Positions 1 to 10,709 of a stretch of DNA of 64,000 nt are shown here, in pieces; position 1 is the first letter of the stretch, and every line of letters begins with the position of its first letter. This stretch comes from Lepidodermella squamata (Eukaryota > Animalia > Gastrotricha), in the NCBI GenBank assembly GCA_047495785.1, contig JBLDXI010000042.1:372001-436000 (forward strand), in the 5' to 3' direction. A program made the translations under genes and the position numbers. The notes under the pieces are model-generated. The model was not told the DNA's origin, did not search any database, and saw only the letters and a program-made list of their open reading frames with translations.

Positions 1-521
1 TAGTAGAAAATCGAGTGAAGAAACCGTTTTTGAGCTTAAAATATTCAGAATTTCAAACATTGTGACGCCGAAATTGCGTCTCAAGAAAAATCTGAACATT
101 AAAACTCGCCGAAATTGCAGCAGAACCGGCTCATTTTTCGCCCACTGTCCTCATTTACAAAACCATCCTCGAATACAAAAATTCAGCCTATAAGACCTGT
201 TCCTGCAGGCTGCTCTATTGTTAGATTTTTTCTTGCGACGCAATTTCGGCGTCACTATGATTGAACAAATTGCTGTATTTTCAGTACAAACTTTGCACGA
301 ATGAGCTCCTGATGGCAGCTGTTTGCGTTTCGGTAGCGGAAAGCTGCCCGCAGAATATGGTGACCAGCATTTTCTTCATCTTCGTTCTTTATTTATGCCA
401 TGTTTTTGAATTTAGACACAAGCCAATGGCACCACGTACGCCACCTTGGACGAGTGCAATCTGCGTGCGTTCAATTGATGAATTCTCAATTTTCTTATAG
501 GATAACTTTCTTCTCCTTATA

Positions 522-1714
522 GTGACTCCTTTCGGGTTACCACGAAATACGGCTTTCTTCCCTCTCACGCAGGAATACGGCATCCGCGATATCAGTGGCA
601 ATGGCATTGAATCAGCGATAGTTGGTGGCCAATCGCCCTCGTTCGTAACTGGGCCATTTGACTACCCTAACGCAGCTCTGTCTGTCGGGAATTCAGCCGG
701 CTATTTTGAAGTGGCCAGTAGCAAGCTGGTTCTTAACAGTTCTTTCACAATCTCTGTTTACGCCGGCTTCACGGATGCCCCTAATGCTTTCGTTCCTATC
801 ATTGAGTTCTACGACAGCGCCGCGCAATTGCGAATCTATTATAATCCTGCGGCAAACACTGTGGCAAGATACAACGGTAGGAGTCGTTCCCTTATCTATT
901 CAATGATTCCGTACAATATGTTAACAGACAATGCGGATTCGATGTTCTTCCGCCAATGCAAGCCATTAATTGGAGGATGGGTCTTTATCGCCGTTACTTA
1001 CAATAAAACTACGCAACGATTAGTTGTGCATTGCGACGGGTTTAATTTTCAGCAGCTTATTTATTCGGTCGCTACGAGCAACAAATCAAATTTGGGAGCA
1101 ATTTCGCCAACAACTTAGGTCTTTCTGGCCAAATATCGTGCGTGTCGATCTTTGATCAAGCTCTAACGACCCCACAACTATGGATTGCGAGGAAGAAGTG
1201 TCTGCAAATTCACGCTGGCAAAACTTTGCTTCCCGAAGCATTGACCACCCTTCTTCCCTCGAACATAGCTATCTGGCCACTTGTGTCAGATTTCAACGAT
1301 GTCGTAGATCCGAGAGCCGATGCCACGCCCCCAAACACGGATTTGCAAAATGGTAGTGGGCCTTTTGCCGTAGAGAACACAGCGTTCCTCTACACAACTG
1401 CTGATCCTATTGTGGTGACTGCTGACAAAGTCAAGCTGGCCGCCGGGAGTTTTACTATCGCCATTCTTCTCTCACGCCCTGTGGCATTGAACATTCCGAT
1501 TCTCGAATTCGCCCCAGACGGATCAACGCTGGGACTTAAAGTTTCAGCTGACACAATCAGTTCCTTAAGCAGCCGTCCATATGGCCAAAATTCAACATCC
1601 TTTGCCATTTCTACGGAAACTGGCTGGGTGCATCTAGCATTAACGTTCGATGCGGGCGGCGATAAGCTGAGTTTATATTCCAGACGGAAATCAGTAGACT
1701 TGGAGCTCAGTTGA
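522..1714 (+). pseudogene. Tandem LamG/pentraxin-like (ConA-fold) domain gene, frameshifted and truncated; 5' exons probably upstream
   Basis: LamG-type motifs FFPL...DISGNG, SFTISVY, WVFIAVTY, ISCVSIFDQALT, IWPL, WVHLALTFD. ORFs 522-1118 and 1142-1714 are in different frames; adding one A in the AAA at ~1083-1085 joins them (NKIKFGSNFANNLGLSGQISCV). The second domain stops abruptly near 1690-1714, just before repeat DNA. Probable in-frame intron at ~878-927. Confidence 0.6.
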
Positions 1715-1828
1715 TCGTTTATGTGTATATATTCCTCACATAAACCTCACATAAAACGTCCTCGCCTGCGGCTCGGCCATTATATGTTCGATTTTTCAAC
1801 ATATTTCCTCCTCTATGTCCAATATTTG

Positions 1829-2800
1829 CATATACCCCGAGGCATAGTAGCATCTACCGATTGCCAGGGCTCCATTGAAATACCTACCCCCACGTTGCGA
1901 AGGTTAAAAAATCATGGAAAATGGGAAAATAAAACATCCAACTTAATTTTTCATCAAAAACTGAGCTTTTCGCCATTTTTAAATCAAACGCTCATTCGGT
2001 CGATTTTCGTTTTGATTTTCACTTGCTTCTTTGCCGCCGGATATTCGCGTCAGACTGGCACGCTGCTACGTTGAAGAATCGCACAATGGCTCGAGCTATT
2101 TGAACTGTCGGCTCATCAAATCAACCAGGCGAGTGAATTCGGCTCATTGCAACTAGTTCGCCGATCTGGTTATTGTCGATCTCAAGCTCAATCAAGGTTT
2201 CGTTCCCGTACGAGGAAGCGTGTCGTCGAACCAGCTCGAGCCAGGAATGAAGGCTGATGGAATGGTACGAAATGCAAGACGAATACGGCGCCGCTTTGAC
2301 AATTCTTTCCAGGATCCAAGCAGAATACTGCGCGATTTTCTCAACATTGAGGGCGACTGCTGCTCGGAGTTCGCAATTGTCCCGGTGGAGTTCTGGGTTT
2401 TATCGACATCGGAGCTGACTGCTGCTCGATTTTCACTGAATTGTGGCCGAATGCTGCTCGATTTTCTCGAAAATGGGGCCGAATGCTGCTCGATTTTCTC
2501 GAAATTGGGGCCGAATGCTGCTCGATTTTCTCGGTATCAGGGGTGAACGCTGTCAGATTTTTGAGCCGCCCCAGCTTTTCCAAGAGATTGTTTGATTTTG
2601 AATAATAAAGCTATTTTGGGTTCCTCAGGTTTCTTGGGTTTCATGAGTTTCACGGGTCTGAACAATAGACAACTGTCCAATATGTGCTCCTCCTTAAAAA
2701 ATCAAGTGTCCAATATGTGAAAATCAGCTGTCCATTATGTAAAATTATGTAAACATATAATTACATATAGCCCAACATATACTTGGCCTAGGGGTATATG
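1829..2800. mobile_element. Non-autonomous DNA transposon (MITE-like) with internal 32-bp tandem repeat
   Basis: Terminal inverted repeat catataccccgaggc (1829-1843) / gcctaggggtatatg (2786-2800), 1 mismatch; no credible coding ORF inside. Confidence 0.55.
2421..2533 (+). repeat. 32-bp minisatellite, about 3.5 copies
   Basis: Unit gctgctcgattttctcgaaa(a/t)tggggccgaat starting at 2421, 2453, 2485 and 2517. Confidence 0.85.
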
Positions 2801-2916
2801 TGGATCCAAAAGTGCTGTTTTTATAGGACTTATTGTCGATCTAATCTAATAAAATAAAGGATCTATGGGCATCGATCGTGAGTAGGTCCTAATTTTACTG
2901 TGCGATTTATTACGTA

Positions 2917-3517
2917 CCGTAAAAACCGAAATTGGGTGCCGTCTTTTTATAGTTTCAAACCAAGAAAAAAGTGAGGGTTTATTACAGGCGAGGTACAATT
3001 GTAGGCTGTGGTATTATTTACTTGAATCTATCATCATTAGATTCAAATGAATTTGGAAAAGAGGTTAAAAATGAAAAAACAGTCAAATTTCCTCTTCGTG
3101 TAGAGATCGTTTTCATTTTTTCATTCTCCTCGGCATCTTCCTCGATCATCAACCACACCGGGAGAATGCTTTCCACAGAAGAGGAGGGTATGATGTAAAA
3201 GTTTGAGATGAGAAAAATGAAACTCAACTTGTTTTAGGTTGTTCTTGACGGGAAATGATAACAACTCATCTCAACTAACAGGCATTTATATTCAGATCCG
3301 ATTTGAGCTTCGCATCAATTTAATTGAATGTTTGCTAAAACGAACTCGGAAATGCAATTAGTAAATTTCAATCATGTTACAAGTGCAAAATATTTATTAA
3401 GAAACCAAGACACTAATTTAGGCCTGAGATATTATTGGTTCAATCGTCGCTCAGACTGGGGGCTTAAACCAGGCGAGGCACTATTATAGACCTAGGACCC
3501 AATTTCGGTTTTTACGG
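2917..3517. mobile_element. Tc1/mariner-pogo-type MITE
   Basis: Perfect TIR ccgtaaaaaccgaaattgggt / acccaatttcggtttttacgg, flanked on both sides by TA (2915-2916, 3518-3519); subterminal caggcgagg motif near both ends. Confidence 0.85.
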
Positions 3518-3737
3518 TAAGTGGGAACCCCTACAAATGTCAAATTTAGATCTAGCCAGGGTCTAGTTTTCAACGACGGGGACTTGGTTCGATTACCTCT
3601 GGCATAAACCATTAAAAGACTATGATTCCAAAATCAGCAAACCCAAAAGCACTCAGAAGAAGATCAAAACAATATATCAATAGCTTATCACACGACCTGT
3701 CAGAAGACCGAATTTTAGTTTGCTGTTCGCCTATGCC

Positions 3738-4789
3738 TCAAAGGCTCACTGGGTAATTGTCAGCTTTCGCCTCGCGCAGGTAGGTGAAAAAGCCGAAATG
3801 CTGCTCGTACTCTTTGCTCATCGATGTATCATCAGGGCGGCGGTCGTAGAATGAGTACCAAAAGAGAGGACCCTCGCCAACGCTAGGCTCCCAGCTAGCG
3901 AAGGCTGAGTAGTAGTTTAGGGCACCTTCAAGGCTGGGTTGGACCCCCGAAGAAGGAAGGTCTGATCCGCCACTCGGGAAACCAGTTTCAGTCAAGCGAG
4001 CCTAAAATAAAAAAAATTGCAAAAAATTACAAATAATTCAATTATTTCGAAAATAAGGAAGATAAGTATGAAGTTTGGGAAAATTGCCGCATCTAGATCA
4101 ATTATCTCGCCTCTCGCCCTGTTTACCTTCGATCCATATTTTGCTACCATTTTATTCCAATTGTTCTGCAGCTGAATGACAGGGTTGGATGCGTTGTAGC
4201 TCGAGCTGAAAAACGGGTAGAAATTAACCCCCAAAATGTCACAGCCAGCCGCCAGTTTCGCCGTTTCACTCTCGATAGCCGTCGACATGTACTCGGTAAT
4301 ACGCTGGACCGTTCCAACCTTAACATCCTGACCCGTAGCCGCCTTAACCGCGGTCTTGATACCATCGACCTTGACCAGAATTTGATCAGCCGTGTATTTG
4401 CCATTTGGGGTTAGATTTTCGTTTCCGACCAGAATAGCTTCAATAGTATCCGGGTAGTTTTTCACCGCGTCAACAGCCGCGCTCAACTGGCCAGCGTACC
4501 ACGATTCATCGGTCATGTAGACACCCAGGTACAACTTCACGCCGTATTTAGCCGCAGATTGGGCGACAGTGTAGCCGCTGAAGTTGGAGTAGAAGGTTCG
4601 GACGTGGGTGAAGTATTTGGAGATTTGCGCGAAATCAGCGTCGATAGCTAGATCGAGGCCTTTGGATGCTGATTTGCCTTTACTCGAGTATTCGGTGTTG
4701 TGCATAGCCGAATAACAAGTGCCTCGGGAGATTAGCGACTCAGCAGTGTCAATGACACTGAAAGCCAGCAAGATCACGGGAATCTTCAT
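3738..4789 (-). CDS. Secreted glycoside hydrolase family 17 endo-beta-1,3-glucanase (exons 4789-4127, 4001-3738; 308 aa)
   Basis: Signal peptide; GH17 motifs CYS, VRTF, ILVGNE (acid/base Glu), GVNFYPFF and TETGFPS (nucleophile Glu). A phase-0 GT-AG intron at 4126-4002 joins YGSK to ARLTETGFPSGG. Confidence 0.9.
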
Positions 4790-5653
4790 GTAAGAATCGC
4801 CTAGAAAAAAGACAGGAAATTAAAATGCAACTAAAAACCGCCTTCTGTTGATTTTTCCTAGCAATTTTGTGAATTTCGCAAGAGCAGATAAGCAGATATA
4901 CGTGTAGCGTCATTTTAAGGTTTAGCGTTCACTCAGAAGTAGCTTGATGTGAAGATTATTGATGACAGCTGATTCCACTAAGCTATGTATTCCACACCGC
5001 CCCTACTGTTGCAAAAAGGAACTGGGCAAATATCGCATGCGGTCGCCTACGCATAGGTTGCGATTATTGCTGAGCCAAAGCATCAGAAGTCATTATTTGA
5101 TCATTTGATTTTCCCGATATCAAATGAGTACATTAATATTAATCCTAAACTTGTTGTTGTTCGACTTATTTCCTTATTGTAAAGGCCTGCCACCTACGGA
5201 CCTTTGTGGACATTTTTGGGAAAAAACCTTGCCCAGTATAGAATATTTCCAAACAGCGGCATTGCAGTCCATGTCTTGTTTGATGTGATTAACATTATTC
5301 AATGCCAAGAAATGTTTCACTTCCTGTCTTCTGTGCTAGACGTCCGAAATGGTTCGAAACCTTATTTGCGTAGTAGAGGAATATAGACGTTCATATCGTG
5401 TTTCTTCGCATCATGTTAATCAAACAGACTACAGAATGTAATAACTCGGATATTTTACAAGGCGATTTAAGTTAATTGAAATATGCCACTCGAACTCCAC
5501 CGCTTAATGTAGATCCATGTAGAGCCATACGTGCTATCGACTTGCGAAGCTTTTTGCCTAATAAGTACGATCAAAATAAAAAGCCTCGATTCTGTCCCGG
5601 ACCAGTCGAGTCTAAAAATTTGAACTCCATACTCACTTGCCAAATACTTTAAG

Positions 5654-7990
5654 ATGAATATCGTCTTTTTGCTGATTACGGCTGTTTTCGTGGCAGCTTT
5701 TGCCTCGGAAAACGCAACGGAGCCTGTTACCTTGAAACTGTTGATGATGTATGCGTTAACTGGGGCTTTCATCAAATTCGAGGACGCCCCAGCTACAGCT
5801 CAACTCGTCGCGAAGCTGATCAACAATCGGACCGATATTTTGCCTGGTTACAAGCTCGAAATCGAAATCGGAGACGAATCGATCAACTCGGGTCGATCCG
5901 TCCTGGCTGCTGTTAATTTCTCGAGATCTATGGAAAACAACAATCAGGTCATTCCTTCGCCTATAGTAATTGGAGCTAGCGTTACAACGGCTTGCAAAGC
6001 TCTCGGAGCAACCCTATCTTACTTCGACTACGTCGCTCTTTCAACAGGTTGCGTGGCTGACATAACGAGCAACAAAAACCGATTTCCGAACCTATTTCTA
6101 TCAACCGGCGTTTCGTCCACTAAGAACTACGGCATTATCAGATTTTTTCAAGAAATCGGGAAGTGGAACAGATTCGCTCTGCTTGTTTACGCTCAGGCAT
6201 CAAGTGAGGTCTTTGAAGAAACTATCCACTTTAAAACGTCAGCGATAAATCGGGGTATGCAGGTTTCCTGGTTCAATGCCGTTCTAAACTTTGAACTAGA
6301 AACAGCTTTGTCCTTGAAAAAAAGTGGCTCAAGGGTAATATATATCGCAGCTAATAGCAAAAGCTTCATGGTAATGTTCTTCTGCTACACATACATGGTT
6401 GGCATGACAGGGAAAAGGTTCGTATTTTTCACCGGGGATAACAACTTCCCAGACCCAGCATTCATACCTGAATCCACTCTACCCGAGGGTTGTAGTAGAG
6501 CTGCCCTCTACGAACAGATCAAATCAACATTCTGGACAGGAATTCTCGATGGCTCTCAAGTCCCACAAGCTAAATCATACCTTGGTTTCAATCAGTCACA
6601 ATTCGACGAGATGTTGTTCGATTTCAAGAAATCTCGCACGAAAGGCCAAGATTTCGACTTCAGGTTCTTGGTTCACGACGTGACTTCAATCGCAGCTCTT
6701 GCTCTCAATTCAGCGGATCAAATATTATCGAGTAAAAACATGTCGCTGAGAGATTTCAAAGCGAAACCGAAATCCGTCTCTGAAGCGATAAAACAAGCAT
6801 TTCGAACAATCGACGTTTCGGGGCTAAGAAATTCGAGGATTAGGTACGATGAGAACGGATCGTTCTACGGCATGTTGATTAACATTGATTATTGGACACC
6901 GAAAAGTGGTTTCCAAAAGGTGATCGCAATGGACCATGACGGCAATGTGTCAGATTCGAACAGTTACTCCGTGAAGCAAATCGTCAAAAATTTCCCTTGG
7001 CTAACTACCGATGGCAAACCTCCGAAAGATCAAGTGAACTACATGCAAATTCTTCACGCAATTGTATTTGAATCTGAAAGGGCCATTTGGGTGATTAGCA
7101 TCATAGTAAGCTTGTTACAAATCGCAGGCCTTGCTTTCACCCGTCAACTCAGGTCGATCAATCAAACCTTTGAGCTGACCCATCCCAACGTGAAATGTTT
7201 CGGCATTTTCGGTTGCCTTTTCTTGAACTTGGGATCATTCCTATGCGCAACTGGGATAAGCAAAGCTTTGCCAGGTGCGATTCTGGCATGTCTCATTTTT
7301 GGACTAGCCGTCATCACCTGGGCCACTGGAGTTAGAATCGTCATTGTTGAACTAGCTATTCATTCGAAACTCCGCAAAGTCAGCTCAAGGATATCTTCCC
7401 ATTTGTTCCGAACTGGGAAGAGAAAGCTGAAAAGATTGAACGAACGCCAACTCACAGTTTTGAACGAAGTTACTGGCAAGATTGAAAACGAAATCATCGT
7501 GGCGGGTCGGGTCAGTTTCAAAGCTATGGCAATTTACTTGGCCACGCATATTGCCTTTCTATCTACGTGGCTGGTTGTAGTCCCATTCGAATGCAGGCTG
7601 AAGCATTTTTCGATCGATGAATACAACGAGGAAACTGATACGAAGCTGGAACATTCAGTTATTGAATGCATGTCAGGCAGCCACGTCGTTTGGGCTCTTT
7701 CGTTTCTCATCTTCCATGAGATTCTACTCATCGCTTTAGGATTTCTTGCCATCCTACTTCGGTCGTCGAAAAGGAATCGACTGTGCCCGGAGTTCAATCA
7801 TAATTCTTTGTTGATAATGTTGGGTATAGCGATTTATATCATCGGAATATTTGCTCTGCTAATCGTCGATAATCCGCTGATGCGGCTTGAGGTTGTAGCC
7901 GGGCTCAGTTTGGTGTATTCAGGCCTTTCCAGTGCAACTTGGATCGAGCCAACTATCGCCATGTACCAGTCAAGTGGAGCCCGCGTGTAG
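5654..7990 (+). CDS. Class C GPCR, GABA-B-like (Venus flytrap + 7TM), intronless
   Basis: Signal peptide, INNRTDILPGYKL motif, ANF-receptor-type VFT, W...G.PP.D linker without a Cys-rich domain, about 7 hydrophobic segments, AATAAA after the stop. Confidence 0.88.
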   Translation: MNIVFLLITAVFVAAFASENATEPVTLKLLMMYALTGAFIKFEDAPATAQLVAKLINNRTDILPGYKLEIEIGDESINSGRSVLAAVNFSRSMENNNQVIPSPIVIGASVTTACKALGATLSYFDYVALSTGCVADITSNKNRFPNLFLSTGVSSTKNYGIIRFFQEIGKWNRFALLVYAQASSEVFEETIHFKTSAINRGMQVSWFNAVLNFELETALSLKKSGSRVIYIAANSKSFMVMFFCYTYMVGMTGKRFVFFTGDNNFPDPAFIPESTLPEGCSRAALYEQIKSTFWTGILDGSQVPQAKSYLGFNQSQFDEMLFDFKKSRTKGQDFDFRFLVHDVTSIAALALNSADQILSSKNMSLRDFKAKPKSVSEAIKQAFRTIDVSGLRNSRIRYDENGSFYGMLINIDYWTPKSGFQKVIAMDHDGNVSDSNSYSVKQIVKNFPWLTTDGKPPKDQVNYMQILHAIVFESERAIWVISIIVSLLQIAGLAFTRQLRSINQTFELTHPNVKCFGIFGCLFLNLGSFLCATGISKALPGAILACLIFGLAVITWATGVRIVIVELAIHSKLRKVSSRISSHLFRTGKRKLKRLNERQLTVLNEVTGKIENEIIVAGRVSFKAMAIYLATHIAFLSTWLVVVPFECRLKHFSIDEYNEETDTKLEHSVIECMSGSHVVWALSFLIFHEILLIALGFLAILLRSSKRNRLCPEFNHNSLLIMLGIAIYIIGIFALLIVDNPLMRLEVVAGLSLVYSGLSSATWIEPTIAMYQSSGARV

Positions 7991-8740
7991 CCGAGGAAAA
8001 GGCTCGCTGAGTTACTAACTTTTAAAACTGAAATAAATGATATGCTGTTAACATAAGTGACAGAAGTACGTGTACAACGCAAGCAAAAGAAAATACACGG
8101 GTTTTATATTGAGAGACGAAGTCACATCTCATCGTCAGAAAATATTTAGAAAAATTCAAAAAATCACGAATAGTAATTTAGTATGTCACTTGTTAATGGA
8201 ATTTCAAAGAGTCCAGAGAAACCGTCCGAACAGGTAAAATACCGAAAATTGCAGTTACCGGGGTTCTACGGGGTTTTACGGGTTTTCTCTCCGGACAATG
8301 TTTTTATTTCTCAGGTTAAATTGCGGATGAACGATGAAATATTTTCCCCGTGTGTTAAATTAAAAAAAAACTTTGGTCAACTTACTAAACGTTGCCAAAT
8401 GAACAACAATTGGAACCTCATTGCAGTAAAGAAAAGCTCGACCTCTGAGCTATGCGATAGTGCCCCCTGTACTTCGAGATTTACGTCGATAGTGGTTTGA
8501 ACTAAGGGCTTTTTTCATTGTCTAATAATTGTCTATGCATTCACAGCTTCATTCTAAATTCTGAAGTTCTTCATTCGTTCTGAAGTCCAAGTACAGCCAA
8601 AGACGGATGAAAGAGGAGCATTGCTGTGGTTGCCAGAGCTACCATCCGTTTAGATCGATTGCAGCCAATTAATCAAATTGATGAGCCTTCTTCTTTCCCA
8701 GCCATATTACCATTCATCATGTTATTGTATTTTCAGAAAA

Positions 8741-9973
8741 ATGGACTTGTTTAGACATTTCTCTGTTCTAAGTTTGTTCATTTTTACTTTGCTCAAAGGC
8801 AGAATCATTTGTAACGGAACGCCGTTAAGCCGGGAAGCTGATTCCTTTCTAAGAGCTAAATTCTTCGACGAATGTCACGCTAACGACGGCTTTTACGACC
8901 ACAAAGTCAATTTGGAACTCCTATTCTACGTCTTCAATCTCGTTGAATTCAACGAACAATCCGAGCTGATGTCGATATTCGCTACCCTCAACATTTGCTG
9001 GTCGGACGAATGTGTTCGATGGGACAACAGCATTGAACAACTCGAGTCAAACCAGTCAAAATCGATCGCAGCCGAAATCCGAGACATCACCCACGTCGCG
9101 TTGCCGAGTGATTTGTTCTGGAAGCCGGTGATGATTCACCGCAATAGCCCAACTGACGTACAGGCGATTGCGGAAAATGGTAAAAATCTTCTGACCAACA
9201 TTTTCCGAAATGGCTGGGTTGAATGGTCGCCGACTGGTACGTGGACAACTTCATGCCCTCTTCATCTTAAATTGTTCCCCTTTGACACTCAAACTTGCAT
9301 GTTCGCTTTCGAGTTGTGGGATACGCAATTTTACACCAATATAACAGTTGCTGATATCATGTTAGACATCGAAAATCCCGAGGGTTTCACTAGCTCGATG
9401 GCTGTTTGGAAGCTGGTCAGTTACCGCAGCGAGGTGACCGAAACTTGCTATCCAATGGGAAATCCGCCGACGATTCATTGTTCAGGAGAAGCCCATTACT
9501 ACTTCACGATCAAGCGAAAAGTTGAACCCTATTTATATGCGATTTTCATCCCGGCTGTATCGCTGGTCCTTCTGCAAATCAGCCCATTTGCTATGGCGCC
9601 GCACAACCCGGAGAGGGCTGAGTATTCCGTATCGATCCTATTAGCTTTCGCAGTCATTCATGGGATGGTGCAACAAGAAATCCCACATACAGCCGAGACG
9701 GTTTATTTCGTGGTCTATCTCAATGTCAACATCTTAGTTGGAACTTTCTGTTCGGTGTATTCAGTCATCAGCGTCGGATTATCGGAAATTTTGGCTGGGA
9801 AGAAGGGTGGGCCAATGAAGATAACACTTATTCCGTTTAATTACTCATGCCAGCGAAAGCCTATTCGGATCAATGTCGTTAGGTTTATTGACATGATTGT
9901 TTTCGCTGTAATATTGATCACCCTCATAATAACGCATATTGTATTCTTCAAATTGATGACGACTAATTGGTAG
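8741..9973 (+). CDS. Cys-loop pentameric ligand-gated ion channel subunit, divergent
   Basis: Signal peptide; WSD..VRWD, FWKP, Cys-loop CPLHLKLFPFDTQTC (C-x13-C), four TM helices, very short M3-M4 loop. ATG at 8741 follows tttcag. Confidence 0.9.
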   Translation: MDLFRHFSVLSLFIFTLLKGRIICNGTPLSREADSFLRAKFFDECHANDGFYDHKVNLELLFYVFNLVEFNEQSELMSIFATLNICWSDECVRWDNSIEQLESNQSKSIAAEIRDITHVALPSDLFWKPVMIHRNSPTDVQAIAENGKNLLTNIFRNGWVEWSPTGTWTTSCPLHLKLFPFDTQTCMFAFELWDTQFYTNITVADIMLDIENPEGFTSSMAVWKLVSYRSEVTETCYPMGNPPTIHCSGEAHYYFTIKRKVEPYLYAIFIPAVSLVLLQISPFAMAPHNPERAEYSVSILLAFAVIHGMVQQEIPHTAETVYFVVYLNVNILVGTFCSVYSVISVGLSEILAGKKGGPMKITLIPFNYSCQRKPIRINVVRFIDMIVFAVILITLIITHIVFFKLMTTNW

Positions 9974-10709
9974 GCGGAGTTATTAATATTTAATTAATGA
10001 AATTAGAAGGGATCCTCATGCTCGTGCCTACTGATTTTGTTTGCAAAAAGTAAAAAATACTGAACCAATTAAGGCGGAGCGAGGGTGAAATTCGGCTGGT
10101 CTCTTGTGCAAAGCTGGAATCAGGCTAAGATTTGTTGCCTGTGATTTTGCTGAAAATCACCAAAAATACGAACTTCCCTCGAATTATTCGAATCGATTCT
10201 GAATCAGTTTTGGACTAAGTTTAGGCTCAGGTCGGCTCAATAAGTCATTTTCATCCAGTTTCTGACATTCCGACTACGTACGAACCTTCAGACACGAAAA
10301 TACAACCGCTACACATTTCAAACAAGCTGTTTTTTTATTTCAAAGATCTTGCAAAGATCCGGTAGGTGGAGTAGGAGAAAGGCTGAAAAAACGGTTGGGT
10401 CCTTGAAAACACGTAGAAAACACATTTCAGCTCCCGGATCCTACTTCCCACACCGCAAACAAATTGAAATGAGATTATTTCCCTCACGAGAGGTGCAAAC
10501 TGTAGAACTGTATTAAAACTGCGAAAAAAGAAATCAGTTTCGGCTTATCAGTTTGCAATCGATTGGCTACTAACAGGATACCTGCCCGTCAAAATGTGTA
10601 GAATCTAACAAGCATAATTTTGTAGTTCTCGCCTATCAGCTCGATCAATCATATCGGGTATGCTGCGCATCATGGGGCAACAGTCAATATAATTTTGTTA
10701 CACCACGCG

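Noticed and set aside
1116-1141. Stop-codon readthrough or programmed frameshift joining the LamG ORFs
   Set aside because: The ORFs are in different frames and there is no clear slippery site with downstream structure; a 1-bp deletion is simpler.
2421-2533. 32-bp repeats as a CRISPR array
   Set aside because: Units are directly adjacent with no unique spacers, there are no cas genes, and the context is eukaryotic.
1721-3227. Short ORFs at 1721, 2220, 2341, 2971 and 3018
   Set aside because: They lie within MITE or minisatellite DNA and show no recognisable domains.
8725-8743. Spliced-leader trans-splicing, suggested by AG acceptors just upstream of several ATGs (8736, 4802, 23070, 23990)
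   Set aside because: Equally explained by short 5' UTR cis-introns (a plausible ~55-nt intron precedes 23068); no SL RNA gene was recognised, and it cannot be tested without transcripts.
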